Source: Thermodesulfobacteriota bacterium
Lineage (GTDB): Bacteria > Desulfobacterota_D > UBA1144 > Nemesobacterales > N074bin48
Length of the DNA stretch: 47,375 nucleotides
Assembly: GCA_041572575.1 (NCBI GenBank)
Contig: JBFFSH010000012.1
Location: forward strand, 1-47,375
Direction of reading: 5' to 3'
Part shown: piece after piece, positions 1 to 11,019 of the stretch
Position numbering within the stretch: position 1 is the stretch's first letter
How the letters are laid out: each line of letters starts with the position of its first letter
Made by a program: the position numbers and the translations under genes
The notes under the pieces: model-generated
The model's database searches: none
Seen by the model: the letters and a program-made list of their open reading frames with translations, nothing else
Told to the model about the DNA's origin: nothing

Positions 1-135
1 ATTCAATGGAGGATTTAATATTAAATCTGGGTAATTATTTATTTGAATATAATCATCTGAGAAGACATGGAGGTTTGAACTATGAAACCCCTTTTGATAA
101 ACTACAAAAAGTTACCGAATTACTGAGCTAGTACA
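1..135 (+). mobile_element. Right end of an IS481-family-like insertion sequence (transposase C-terminus, cut by the window edge)
   Basis: Frame from nt 3 reads SMEDLILNLGNYLFEYNHLRRHGGLNYETPFDKLQKVTELLS* (stop 129-131), a YN..R.H..L...TP integrase-core tail. It is followed directly by TACA (132-135), matching TGT...ACA IS481 ends. Confidence 0.75.
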
Positions 136-274
136 AGCGTCCCCTTTTATTAATCTGTACTGATCCCGGAATGTGCGCTTCCTTCCAATACTTTTCCGGC
201 AGAGCTTCTACGATTGTGATATTCGCTCCGCTGTCAATATCATCCTTAAGCTCCTCTTTTGTTATATGTCTCAT
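128..274 (-). pseudogene. Truncated rhodanese-domain gene (paralog of 38147..38482)
   Basis: Hand translation MRHITKEELKDDIDSGANITIVEALPEKYWKEAHIPGSVQINKRGRLY*, with AGGAGG RBS. Matches VEALPEKYYNDAHIPGAVQ of the intact gene but lacks the catalytic Cys half. Confidence 0.85.
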
Positions 275-298
275 AATAAGACCTCCTGACTTTTATTT

Positions 299-318
299 AT
301 AGTTGCATTTGCAACTAT
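299..318. promoter_or_regulatory. Palindromic operator ATAGTTGCA-TT-TGCAACTAT (putative MarR site)
   Basis: Perfect 9-2-9 dyad upstream of the truncated rhodanese; same motif occurs twice between marR and rhodanese at 38070-38122. Confidence 0.75.
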
Positions 319-583
319 TATATTGTCTAGATACTTGAGCAGCCTTATGGATTCAAATAATTATTATTAATGGGTGAATGTATATCTTTAGAAACGGACA
401 GAAATAGTGGAAAAAGAAATAACAGTTATAATAAGAAGAAACACAGAAAAGGGAATACCGACGGGGTCGGGTAAATTTATAAGGATGTTAGAAAAACTTG
501 CTGAGAGGGTTTTTCAAAAATAGTGACAAAAATAGTGACAGACACTATTTTTTGAAGGCACTTAAAAATGATATTGCAAGACT

Positions 584-630
584 CACACTTCGACAAGCCC
601 TTCGACTAAGCTCAGGACAGGCACAGTGTG
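584..630. repeat. Nested CTTCGAC..GCTCAG-type palindromic repeat
   Basis: cacacttcgacaag-c-ccttcgactaagctcaggacagg-cacagtgtg; same family as the GIY-YIG flanks at 14304-14884. Confidence 0.75.
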
Positions 631-718
631 TTATTATATAATAGAGTCTGTCACTATAATTTTTACTATTTTTATGTCACTATATTTTCGATAAGCAAAT
701 TATATATCATCCACCTAA

Positions 719-1012
719 ATGGTCGTTTCATATACTATGAAAAAGAAAAACAATTTAAATTATGCAATATATTTAGCAGAAGAATTTTTAGATAATAATG
801 CATCAATAGAAGAAATTCTTGAAGAATGGAACCATAATTTTGATGATACGTTTTACAAAGCAGTTCCTTATTCATTTCGGTTATATGAAGGGTTCCAACA
901 CTATTATTCTGATTCTGATATTAGAGAAAAGGAAAAGTCCTATGACGAATATCAAATCAATTTAATAAAAGAGATTTTAATTGAATTAAAGAAATATAAA
1001 GAAAGAAAATAA
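719..1012 (+). CDS. AT-rich, charged orphan protein (start may be 737); possibly immunity-protein-like cargo
   Basis: 97-aa ORF, much more AT-rich than the housekeeping genes; no recognised motif. Confidence 0.55.
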   Translation: MVVSYTMKKKNNLNYAIYLAEEFLDNNASIEEILEEWNHNFDDTFYKAVPYSFRLYEGFQHYYSDSDIREKEKSYDEYQINLIKEILIELKKYKERK

Positions 1013-1071
1013 TAAGAAAATAAAGGGGAAAAATAAAGAAAAATCAAGAGCACGCTTCCCTCTTTTAAAAA

Positions 1072-1134
1072 ACCCTTACCGCCCTCTAAAATACTGCGAA
1101 AGGACATTTTCGGAATCTTCTTGTTTTATGGTCT
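1072..1134 (-). repeat. Duplicated 3' end of nuoM (63 bp, 59/63 identical to 2315-2377)
   Basis: Encodes TIKQEDSENVLSQYFRGR* versus NuoM TIKQDDSENVLSQYFRGR*. Confidence 0.95.
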
Positions 1135-1253
1135 GGCTTAAAATATAGTGTCTGTCACTATTTTGTCCGTCACTATTTTGTCCGAACTTTTTCTATTCGA
1201 AAAAGCCCGTTGCAATGACAGTTGTGGGTAATTTGTTGAAATGTCTGATCGAA

Positions 1254-1271
1254 CCCTACCGCCCTCTAAAA
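1254..1271 (-). repeat. Second, shorter copy of the nuoM 3' end (18 bp identical to 2317-2334)
   Basis: CCCTACCGCCCTCTAAAA, including the nuoM stop codon. Confidence 0.85.
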
Positions 1272-1387
1272 CAAAGAAATAAAGCTTCCCTTGTTCAAAG
1301 ATTAAGGGTCACCTTCTCCGCCCAACTGAACCGGGGGCGCAGTTTTACAACAGCAATCGAAGGCAATATATATTCTACTGTATTGTT

Positions 1388-1984
1388 TTAAGACTCAAAT
1401 TTAAAATGCCCGCAGACGGCGCTGTGACCTTCCATATCTATGTCGAACCCAGGTGCATTTGCCTTAAAACTCGATGCCTTGCCCAAATATGCAGGTTTTC
1501 CGGGAATAGAGGTGAAAACGGAATTGTGGAGTGTAGTTTCTGCTCCTGTTGCTCCTTTAAAAGCTTCAAGAGACGCCGAGACAACATCTCCTATCGCTAT
1601 TGTCCCGTTTACTCCTTCTACATCAAACCTGATATGTGTTTTTTCAACCGAGGCAACTTCTCCCACCAGGGATGCTAAATCCGTGATTGCACCTCCCAGC
1701 TTACCTCCCCACAGGTTTAATATTCCTTCCTGCTGTTCATCAGATAATTCCTCATCCACATATAACCGTACTTTCCAGTTACCATCAAGAACATTACCCG
1801 GGCTATGCAGCAACATTGCGAAATTACACCCGCTGACATTCACTCCTTCAATTTCGCCTTGATCTATGTGCCAGCCAATCATACCATCACAGTAGCCCTC
1901 GTCGGGATCTCCTCCCACCCAACAGGGACAAATAACATTACAAATACACACTTCCAGCAGCTGTCCTTCAACAGAATAAGACAT
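1388..1984 (-). CDS. DUF1326-family Cys-rich putative metal-binding protein
   Basis: N-terminal G.LLEVC.C...CPC....DP..G.C motif and WHID.G...GV.VSG pattern typical of DUF1326. Confidence 0.85.
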   Translation of the reverse strand: MSYSVEGQLLEVCICNVICPCWVGGDPDEGYCDGMIGWHIDQGEIEGVNVSGCNFAMLLHSPGNVLDGNWKVRLYVDEELSDEQQEGILNLWGGKLGGAITDLASLVGEVASVEKTHIRFDVEGVNGTIAIGDVVSASLEAFKGATGAETTLHNSVFTSIPGKPAYLGKASSFKANAPGFDIDMEGHSAVCGHFKFES

Positions 1985-2160
1985 GACCTCACCCCCATAT
2001 AGATTCTATGTTAACCTAGAAAATTATACTGCTTTTAAGTAATGAAAATCAATAGTTTTTCCAGAAATAGTGCTTTTGTCTGATAATACTTTTTCATATG
2101 TAAAAGATGAAAAAAGAGAGTAATAACAGAAGCTTATAAATGCTCAGTGTGTTTTGTTTT

Positions 2161-2288
2161 GTCATACTTGAGGACGGGCTTTACCGTTAAGGTAAAGTTC
2201 GTAAGACCTTAAAGTTTTTAAAAATCATAGTAGCCGAAGAATCTAAGTAGAATCAAAAGAGAGATGCTTCGCATGCGCTCAGCATGAC
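2161..2288. repeat. GTCAT...ATGAC palindromic REP-like unit downstream of nuoM, interrupted by a ~55-bp hairpin-containing insert
   Basis: gtcatacttgagg...agccgaagaatct...agatgcttcgcatgcgctcagcatgac is close to the reverse complement of the unit at 46985-47045. Confidence 0.8.
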
Positions 2289-2318
2289 AGACTTTTTTGG
2301 ATGGATTGTTAAATACCC

Positions 2319-3887
2319 CTACCGCCCTCTAAAATACTGCGATAGGACATTTTCGGAATCATCCTGTTTTATGGTCTCAGCAAACTTGGTGTGAATGAGG
2401 CTGTTTACAGAAGGCTCGATTCTCTCCAGGAACGGCTTTGGATAGATTCCCATAACAAAGAACATGATGGCAATCGGAGTAAGGACAAATATTTCTCTAA
2501 CACTCAAATCCCTGAGCGCCTTGTTCTCCGGCTTATTTAATGGGCCGAACATCACGCGCTGATACGCCCAGAGCATATATATTGCCCCAAGTACAATGCC
2601 CGTTGTGCCGAGAACTGAAAACCTCCAGTCCCACTTGAATGCACCGAGAAGTATAAGAAACTCACCCACAAAACCGTTTAGTAGCGGAAGCCCGATTGAC
2701 GAGAGCGTTGCAAGCATAAAGAAGAGCGCCAGTATGGGCATCACCTTTGCGATCCCGCCAAACTCCGCAATTTTTTTGGTGTGCCGCCTCTCATATACCA
2801 TGCCTACAATAAGGAATAATGCGCCGGTAGAAAGCCCGTGGTTCAGCATCTGATATATGCCGCCCTGAACACCCTGTATGTTTAGCACGAGCACTCCGAG
2901 CATGACCAGTCCCAAGTGACTTACGCTTGAATAAGCAACCAGTTTCTTTAAGTCTTTTTGAGCAAACGCAACAAGCGCTCCGTAAATAACTCCTATCACT
3001 GCTATTGAGCAGAGTATCGGAAGAAGGTCAATCGTGGCCTCAGGAAATAGAGGCATGAGAAATCTTAAAAATCCATATGTACCCATCTTAAGTAAAACCG
3101 CAGCCAGTATTACGCTTCCCGCAGTAGGCGCCTCGACATGAGCATCTGGAAGCCATGTGTGGAATGGGAACATTGGGACCTTGATAGCAAAAGCCAGGAA
3201 AAATGCGAGAAATAGCAGACCCTGCATACTTAGAATTCCTGCATAAGGTATGGACAGGTTATAGAAATCAAAGATGTTCATTGTGGCAATGCCAAACTGA
3301 TCCATGTGCAGTTTGTGCAGGTATAAAATTGCAATGAACATCAGTGCGCTTCCAAAGGCGGTGTAGATGAAAAATTTTATTGCTGCATAGATCCTTCTTT
3401 CAGTCCCCCAGATACCGATAAGGAAATACATCGGGATAAGAACTGCTTCCCAGAACACGAAGAACAGCACCATATCTAAAGAGCTGAATGTGCCTATCAT
3501 GGCAGTCTCGAGCACAAGCATGAATATCAAAAATTCTCTAAGCCCTTTGTGTATAGCGTTCCAGGCCGAGAGGATGGTAATAGGCATAATAAAGGTAGTG
3601 AGAAGAACAAGAAAGACGCTTATGCCGTCTATGCCAATATGATAGTTGATACCAAACTCTGCGAGCCACGGGATATTGGTTTCAAACTGCAAGCCTGCAA
3701 AGCCCTTTTGAAAATTGCAAAAAAGCGGCAGTGAAATTAAGAATTCTATGAGGCTTATTACGAGAGCTCCTATTTTAAGCTCCTCATCCGCGTCTTTTTT
3801 AACAAGAGAAAGAAGTACTAAAAACAGCGTACCGATAAGCGGAAAGAATATTACAAGGGAAAGATTTCCAGCAAGAACAGAGTCCAA
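2319..3887 (-). CDS. nuoM: NADH-quinone oxidoreductase subunit M
   Basis: AIKVPMFPFHTWLPDAHVEAPT, LLKMGTYG, DLKKLVAYSSVSHLG, GLPLLNGFVGE motifs. Confidence 0.96.
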   Translation of the reverse strand: MDSVLAGNLSLVIFFPLIGTLFLVLLSLVKKDADEELKIGALVISLIEFLISLPLFCNFQKGFAGLQFETNIPWLAEFGINYHIGIDGISVFLVLLTTFIMPITILSAWNAIHKGLREFLIFMLVLETAMIGTFSSLDMVLFFVFWEAVLIPMYFLIGIWGTERRIYAAIKFFIYTAFGSALMFIAILYLHKLHMDQFGIATMNIFDFYNLSIPYAGILSMQGLLFLAFFLAFAIKVPMFPFHTWLPDAHVEAPTAGSVILAAVLLKMGTYGFLRFLMPLFPEATIDLLPILCSIAVIGVIYGALVAFAQKDLKKLVAYSSVSHLGLVMLGVLVLNIQGVQGGIYQMLNHGLSTGALFLIVGMVYERRHTKKIAEFGGIAKVMPILALFFMLATLSSIGLPLLNGFVGEFLILLGAFKWDWRFSVLGTTGIVLGAIYMLWAYQRVMFGPLNKPENKALRDLSVREIFVLTPIAIMFFVMGIYPKPFLERIEPSVNSLIHTKFAETIKQDDSENVLSQYFRGR

Positions 3888-4109
3888 AACTATTACAAAG
3901 CCTCCAATTTTTTATCAAATTCTGGCAGTAGAATATACAAAATAGTAAATATGTAAATAATTAATTTAGAACTACAAAATATAGTGTAATATATTAGTCC
4001 ATTAATGTTTTAACAAACTGTAAATAGTAGCTGAAACCTTCTGTAAGCTGTTGTGTTGAATATTATAAACGGAGAGAATATTATTATCATTACTAAACAA
4101 ACTATAACT

Positions 4110-4565
4110 ATGCAAAGACTCATTCCTTTAGTATTCATAATTTTGATGACTGCATGCGCTGGCACAAGCCCGCAAAGTACAACCAGCACCCAGAGTTCAA
4201 GTGGCAAAAACAGCCCAAGCTACGTGGTAACCAAATTTCTGGATGCCTTTGTAAAAAATGATTTCGGCTCTGCATTTAAATACATTCATTCAAATGCTAC
4301 AGACAGGCAGGGTTATGAATCGAGGATGAAAGACCTTGTAGAAACATCAAACAACAATATCACAAACTACAATCTGATCGGCACGCGTATTATTGGTGAG
4401 ATAGCTTATACGGTAGTAGAGCTTGAGATAGAAGAAAAATCAGGCGGCGGAAACACCAAGATAAGGTATACAAAGAATCAGTATGAGCTTAGCTTCATAG
4501 ATGGGAAATGGAAGATAGTAAAAGACCACGGATGCGTGGAAAACTGTACGGATAAAAAGGGTTAG
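4110..4565 (+). CDS. Putative lipoprotein (NTF2/DUF4878-like fold)
   Basis: Likely start ATG 4110: MQRLIPLVFIILMTAC lipobox; SPSYVVTKFLDAF... and DGKWKI motifs. Confidence 0.65.
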   Translation: MQRLIPLVFIILMTACAGTSPQSTTSTQSSSGKNSPSYVVTKFLDAFVKNDFGSAFKYIHSNATDRQGYESRMKDLVETSNNNITNYNLIGTRIIGEIAYTVVELEIEEKSGGGNTKIRYTKNQYELSFIDGKWKIVKDHGCVENCTDKKG

Positions 4566-4568
4566 AAA

Positions 4569-6520
<1,952 letters not shown>

Positions 6521-6521
6521 A

Positions 6522-6890
6522 TTGAAATTAAGAAATATTATTTTTACCCTACCATTTTTATTCCTTATTGGATGTATTCCGCAGGGAGGCGGAGCGGGAG
6601 GGGGCAGCAGCTCAATGATCGGCGGCATAATCCCATTCGTACTGATATTCGTGCTGTTTTATTTTCTAATTCTAAGACCTCAGCAAAAACAGACACGCGA
6701 GCGTGACAACATGATTAAAAACCTAAAGCGCGGGGACAACGTTCTTACTAACGGCGGGATATACGGAAAGATTACAAATATAAATGAAGATATCTTAAGC
6801 GTAGAGATTGCAAAGGGACTGAACATCAAGATGACCAGAAATGGCATTGCAAGCCTTGCAAATGAATCGCAAGAAGAGAAAAAATCATAA
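6522..6890 (+). CDS. yajC: Preprotein translocase subunit YajC (likely TTG start at 6522)
   Basis: FYFLILRPQQK, LKRGDNVLTNGGIYGKI; GGAGG at 6508-6512; located between tgt and secD. Confidence 0.93.
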   Translation: MKLRNIIFTLPFLFLIGCIPQGGGAGGGSSSMIGGIIPFVLIFVLFYFLILRPQQKQTRERDNMIKNLKRGDNVLTNGGIYGKITNINEDILSVEIAKGLNIKMTRNGIASLANESQEEKKS

Positions 6891-6912
6891 AGTGAGGGAG
6901 AAAATCCGATAG

Positions 6913-8511
6913 ATGAGAAGAAATACTAAATCCTGGCTTATAATAATATCATTCATATCTGTTATTTCACTGATCCTGCTTGCACCCACTTTTGTAGGTG
7001 ATTCACTTCCCCAGTGGTGGTCTAAGGTATTTCCTGAAAGAGGCATAAGGCTTGGGCTTGACCTTAGGGGCGGGATATTTCTTATGCTAGACGTACAGAA
7101 GGAAGAAGCCATAGGCCATGAGCTATCCAGCATTAAAAACCTTGTTACAGACGACCTTCTTAAAGACAAGGTTCTTATTAAGGATACAAGAGTCGATGAA
7201 AAATCCGTAAGCTTTGACTTCTTTACCAAAAACGACCTCGCAAAGGCAAAAAAGGTAGTAGATACTTACAGCGAAACAGCGGATATTAAGGAAAACAATC
7301 TCACACTCACGGTAGTTCTAAAAAATTCTACAATCGAAAACCTGCAAAAGGATGCAATTAAGCAGGTAATGAGCGTTATTGTAAATCGTATAAGCGAGTT
7401 TGGGCTCATTGAACCCACAATTCAGCAGGCAGGAGAAGACAGGATTTTAATCCAGGTCCCCCAGGCATCAGACAAGGACAGGGAAAGAATTATTTCAATT
7501 ATAAGAAAGGCAGCGGTGCTCGAGTTTAAGATTGTAGAGGACGTATCCGCTGTGCAGGAGCCCTTGCTCAGCAAGTATGAAGTAACAACACCAGAAGAAT
7601 TAATAGAAAAAGGCTACATGCTCCACCCCGGAGAAACCGGTACGGAGAATGAAAAGTTTTTTATAACAGAGGCACATGCGAGGGTATCGGGTAAATACCT
7701 CTCAGATGCAAGACTCATATTCGATCAGTTTGGAAGAGCAGCCGTAGGTTTTTCATTCAGGGGAGAAGGAGCCGATGCATTTTATGAAACCACAAAATCC
7801 AACATAAACAGAAGGCTTGCCATCGTGCTTGACGGAAGGATCAAATCGGCGCCCAATATTGAAGGAGCTATAAGATCAAGTGGTCAGATCACCGGCAATT
7901 TTACCCCCGAAGAAGCAAGGGACTTAGCACTTGTTCTAAGGTCGGGCTCGCTTCCTGTAAGCGTGAATATTGAGCAGGAAAGAACAGTGGGGCCGTCGCT
8001 TGGTAAGGACTCCATTGAAAAAGGTAAGTTTTCTATGCTTCTTGGCGGACTGTTAGTATTTATTTTTATGGTAATCGCCTATAAAAAACAGGGACTTATC
8101 GCTGATATTGCTCTTGGACTAAACGTACTATTTATAATGGGAGCGCTTTCGGCTTTCGGTGTTACACTCACGCTTCCTGGTATTGCAGGTCTTGTACTTA
8201 CTCTTGGTATGGCTGTGGATGGAAACATAATAATATTTGAGCGAATAAAAGAGGAGCTAAGGGGCGGCAAGGTCCCCCTAAATGCGATTGACTCTGGTTA
8301 CGGCAGGTCGCTTTGGACAATATTGGATGCAAACATTACTACTCTTATAACAGCGCTCATACTGTTTTGGTTTGGTACAGGACCCATAAAAGGTTTTGCT
8401 GCCACTCTTTCAATAGGAATCGTAGCAACCGTGTTTAGCAACGTAATCGTGGCAAGGGTATTTACTAACCTTATACACTCAGACAAAAAAATGAAAACAC
8501 TTAGCATATAG
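6913..8511 (+). CDS. secD: Protein translocase subunit SecD
   Basis: LGLDLRGG, LAIVLD, LRSGSLP, TVGPSLG, TLTLPGIAG, GMAVDGNIIIFERIKEE, GPIKGFA. Confidence 0.97.
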   Translation: MRRNTKSWLIIISFISVISLILLAPTFVGDSLPQWWSKVFPERGIRLGLDLRGGIFLMLDVQKEEAIGHELSSIKNLVTDDLLKDKVLIKDTRVDEKSVSFDFFTKNDLAKAKKVVDTYSETADIKENNLTLTVVLKNSTIENLQKDAIKQVMSVIVNRISEFGLIEPTIQQAGEDRILIQVPQASDKDRERIISIIRKAAVLEFKIVEDVSAVQEPLLSKYEVTTPEELIEKGYMLHPGETGTENEKFFITEAHARVSGKYLSDARLIFDQFGRAAVGFSFRGEGADAFYETTKSNINRRLAIVLDGRIKSAPNIEGAIRSSGQITGNFTPEEARDLALVLRSGSLPVSVNIEQERTVGPSLGKDSIEKGKFSMLLGGLLVFIFMVIAYKKQGLIADIALGLNVLFIMGALSAFGVTLTLPGIAGLVLTLGMAVDGNIIIFERIKEELRGGKVPLNAIDSGYGRSLWTILDANITTLITALILFWFGTGPIKGFAATLSIGIVATVFSNVIVARVFTNLIHSDKKMKTLSI

Positions 8512-8536
8512 TTACCCTCAGGAGGTATTCTTTAAC

Positions 8537-9451
8537 GTGGATATAATTAAGCCAGGCACTATAGTAGATTTTATAAGCAAAATGAGGACTGCGTTTATTA
8601 TCTCGGCAGTTCTTATAGCTATCTCTGTTATTTCACTTTTCGTACACAAGGGACTCAACTGGGGCGTAGAGTTTATAGGCGGCACAGAAGTACACATGAA
8701 ATTCCAACAGGATATAAACTCTTTAGAAATAAAGGAAAGACTTGCGGGGATTAATTACGATGATGTAAGCGTACAGTCGCTTGGTCTTGAGGGGGACAAC
8801 GAATACATCATAAGGCTCTCTTCGGATGTAGTAAAACACAACCAGATAAAAGATTTTCAAAAACAGATAGAAGGGCTTGTCGTTGGTGAAAAAGCCGGAA
8901 AGTTTAAAGACGCAGACATACTCAGAATAGATTTCATAGGACCAAAAGTGGGAAGTGAGCTTATCAAAAAAGCTGTGGGCGCAATAATATTCGGATGGCT
9001 TGGAATACTAATTTATGTAATGCTGCGCTTTGAGATAGGCTTTGCGCTAGGTGCCGTGATTGCGATTATTCATGATGTCTTCATAACCCTGGGCGCAATA
9101 TCGATTATGGACAAGGAATTTAACCTTGCAATAGTAGCGGCTTTTTTAACAGTGATCGGATACTCCGTAAACGATACGATTGTTATATTCGACAGGATAA
9201 GGGAAAACATGAGCAGGGGCTATTCGTCCTTTTCAACGCTTATTAATGAGAGCGTCTCACAGACTCTTTCAAGAACCATACTCACAACTCTTACTGCTCT
9301 TATAGTGCTTGCATGCCTGTTCGTGTTCGGCGGATCGGTTATACATGATTTTGCATACACGCTAATGGTGGGTGTAATCGCAGGTACATATTCCTCTATT
9401 TTTGTGGCCACTGCGTTTGTAGTGTACTGGAACAAGAACAGGGAGCTTTAA
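8537..9451 (+). CDS. secF: Protein translocase subunit SecF
   Basis: GVEFIGG, IGPKVGSEL, IHDV, GYSVNDTIVIFDRIREN, TLSRTILT, GTYSSIF. Confidence 0.97.
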   Translation: MDIIKPGTIVDFISKMRTAFIISAVLIAISVISLFVHKGLNWGVEFIGGTEVHMKFQQDINSLEIKERLAGINYDDVSVQSLGLEGDNEYIIRLSSDVVKHNQIKDFQKQIEGLVVGEKAGKFKDADILRIDFIGPKVGSELIKKAVGAIIFGWLGILIYVMLRFEIGFALGAVIAIIHDVFITLGAISIMDKEFNLAIVAAFLTVIGYSVNDTIVIFDRIRENMSRGYSSFSTLINESVSQTLSRTILTTLTALIVLACLFVFGGSVIHDFAYTLMVGVIAGTYSSIFVATAFVVYWNKNREL

Positions 9452-9467
9452 TGGTTGATAAATTGAT

Positions 9468-9968
9468 GTGGATATATTAGCTGTAACATTATTCATAGCG
9501 TTTGCCCTTGCAGGAATTTTTTGCACATTCATTGGACTTCCCGGAAACTTTATAATTTTAATTTCATCAGGACTGCTAGCCTGGTATTTTGGATTTGAAG
9601 TTATAAAAATAAATATTATTATTTTACTCGTCTCACTTGCGGTACTCGGTGAGGTGCTCGAATTTGTGATTGGCATAATCGGATCTAAGAGCAAAAAAGC
9701 GAGCAATAAGGCTGTAGTAGGCTCTATCATTTTTTCTATTATAGGGGCTATAATGTTTGCTCCCGTAATGTTTGGCCTGGGGGCAATTTTAGGAGCTTTC
9801 CTGGGCGCTTTTTTTGGAGCCTTTATAGTTGAATTTATAAGATTTAAGGACGCAAAAAAGGCAGTAGAATCTGGCAAGGGAGCGTTTTTGGGAAAACTGG
9901 GCGGAGTACTCGTAAAAACAGTAATAGGATTTATCATGATTACAACAACTCTACTTCAGGTATTTTAG
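9468..9968 (+). CDS. DUF456-family membrane protein
   Basis: GLPG start, Gly-rich transmembrane segments ([18 protein letters not shown]). Confidence 0.75.
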   Translation: MDILAVTLFIAFALAGIFCTFIGLPGNFIILISSGLLAWYFGFEVIKINIIILLVSLAVLGEVLEFVIGIIGSKSKKASNKAVVGSIIFSIIGAIMFAPVMFGLGAILGAFLGAFFGAFIVEFIRFKDAKKAVESGKGAFLGKLGGVLVKTVIGFIMITTTLLQVF

Positions 9969-9972
9969 AAAT

Positions 9973-10989
9973 ATGGAAGAAAAATTAGAAGAGCTTAAAA
10001 ACCAGTTCACCGAAGAGCTTAAGGATATTTCCGATATAACCAGCCTTTCGGTGCTAAAAGCTAAATATCTTGGTAAAAAAGGTGCTGTAACAGACATCTT
10101 AAAAGGCATGAAAGATCTTACAGCAGAGCAGCGTCCCCTTATGGGAAAACTGGTAAATGAAATAAAGAACGTACTCGAGAGCGGCCTCGATGCAAAGGAA
10201 AAGGAGATCACCGAGGCTCAAAAGAAAAAGATACTGCAGGAAGAAAAAATCGATGTAAGCCTTCCTCCCAGAGGAATGCCGCTTGGCACTCTTCACCCCA
10301 TTACTCAGGTCATGAACGAGATTGTGGATATATTCGAGCATATGGGCTTTGAGGTTGCCGAAGGGCCTGAGATAGAAACGGACTTTTATAACTTCGAGGC
10401 CCTTAATATCCCAAAGAACCACCCTGCTAGAGACATGCAGGACACTTTTTATATAAGTGATGACGTGGTGCTAAGAACACATACTTCTCCCGTGCAGATC
10501 AGGGTTATGGAAAAGCGGCAGCCTCCGATTCAGATCATTGCGCCTGGTAAGGTGTACAGATGCGACAGTGACGTGTCACACACGCCGATGTTCCATCAGG
10601 TTGAGGGCCTGCTTGTGAACGAAACCGTAACTTTTGCCGACCTGAAAGGTGTACTTTCCGAATTTTGCAAGCTCATCTTCGGCGGGGATACAAAAGTTCG
10701 CTTCAGGCCAAGCTTCTTTCCCTTCACTGAGCCAAGCGCCGAGGTGGACATAAGCTGTGTAATCTGCGGAGCCAAAGGGTGCAGGGTGTGCAAAAATACC
10801 GGATGGCTTGAGATTCTTGGCTGCGGGATGGTTGATCCCGAGGTGTTTAGGAGCGTAAATTACGACAGCACCAAATACAGAGGTTTTGCCTTTGGCATGG
10901 GTGTGGAAAGAATTACGATGCTTAAATTTGGAATAAACGATATAAGACTGTTTTTTGAAAATGACCTAAGGTTTTTAAAGCAGTTTTAA
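9973..10989 (+). CDS. pheS: Phenylalanine-tRNA ligase alpha subunit
   Basis: [53 protein letters not shown]. Confidence 0.98.
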   Translation: MEEKLEELKNQFTEELKDISDITSLSVLKAKYLGKKGAVTDILKGMKDLTAEQRPLMGKLVNEIKNVLESGLDAKEKEITEAQKKKILQEEKIDVSLPPRGMPLGTLHPITQVMNEIVDIFEHMGFEVAEGPEIETDFYNFEALNIPKNHPARDMQDTFYISDDVVLRTHTSPVQIRVMEKRQPPIQIIAPGKVYRCDSDVSHTPMFHQVEGLLVNETVTFADLKGVLSEFCKLIFGGDTKVRFRPSFFPFTEPSAEVDISCVICGAKGCRVCKNTGWLEILGCGMVDPEVFRSVNYDSTKYRGFAFGMGVERITMLKFGINDIRLFFENDLRFLKQF

Positions 10990-11019
10990 AACTAAAAAAG
11001 AAAATATAAGGAGCAGCAA

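Larger units (their letters stand above)
529..1164. repeat. Segment bounded by a perfect 20-bp inverted repeat (AAAATAGTGACAGACACTAT at 529-548, complement at 1145-1164); degenerate third copy at 641-657
   Basis: Direct sequence comparison. Each end also has adjacent partial duplications (515-527; GTCACTATTTTGTCC twice at 1154-1183). Confidence 0.85.
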
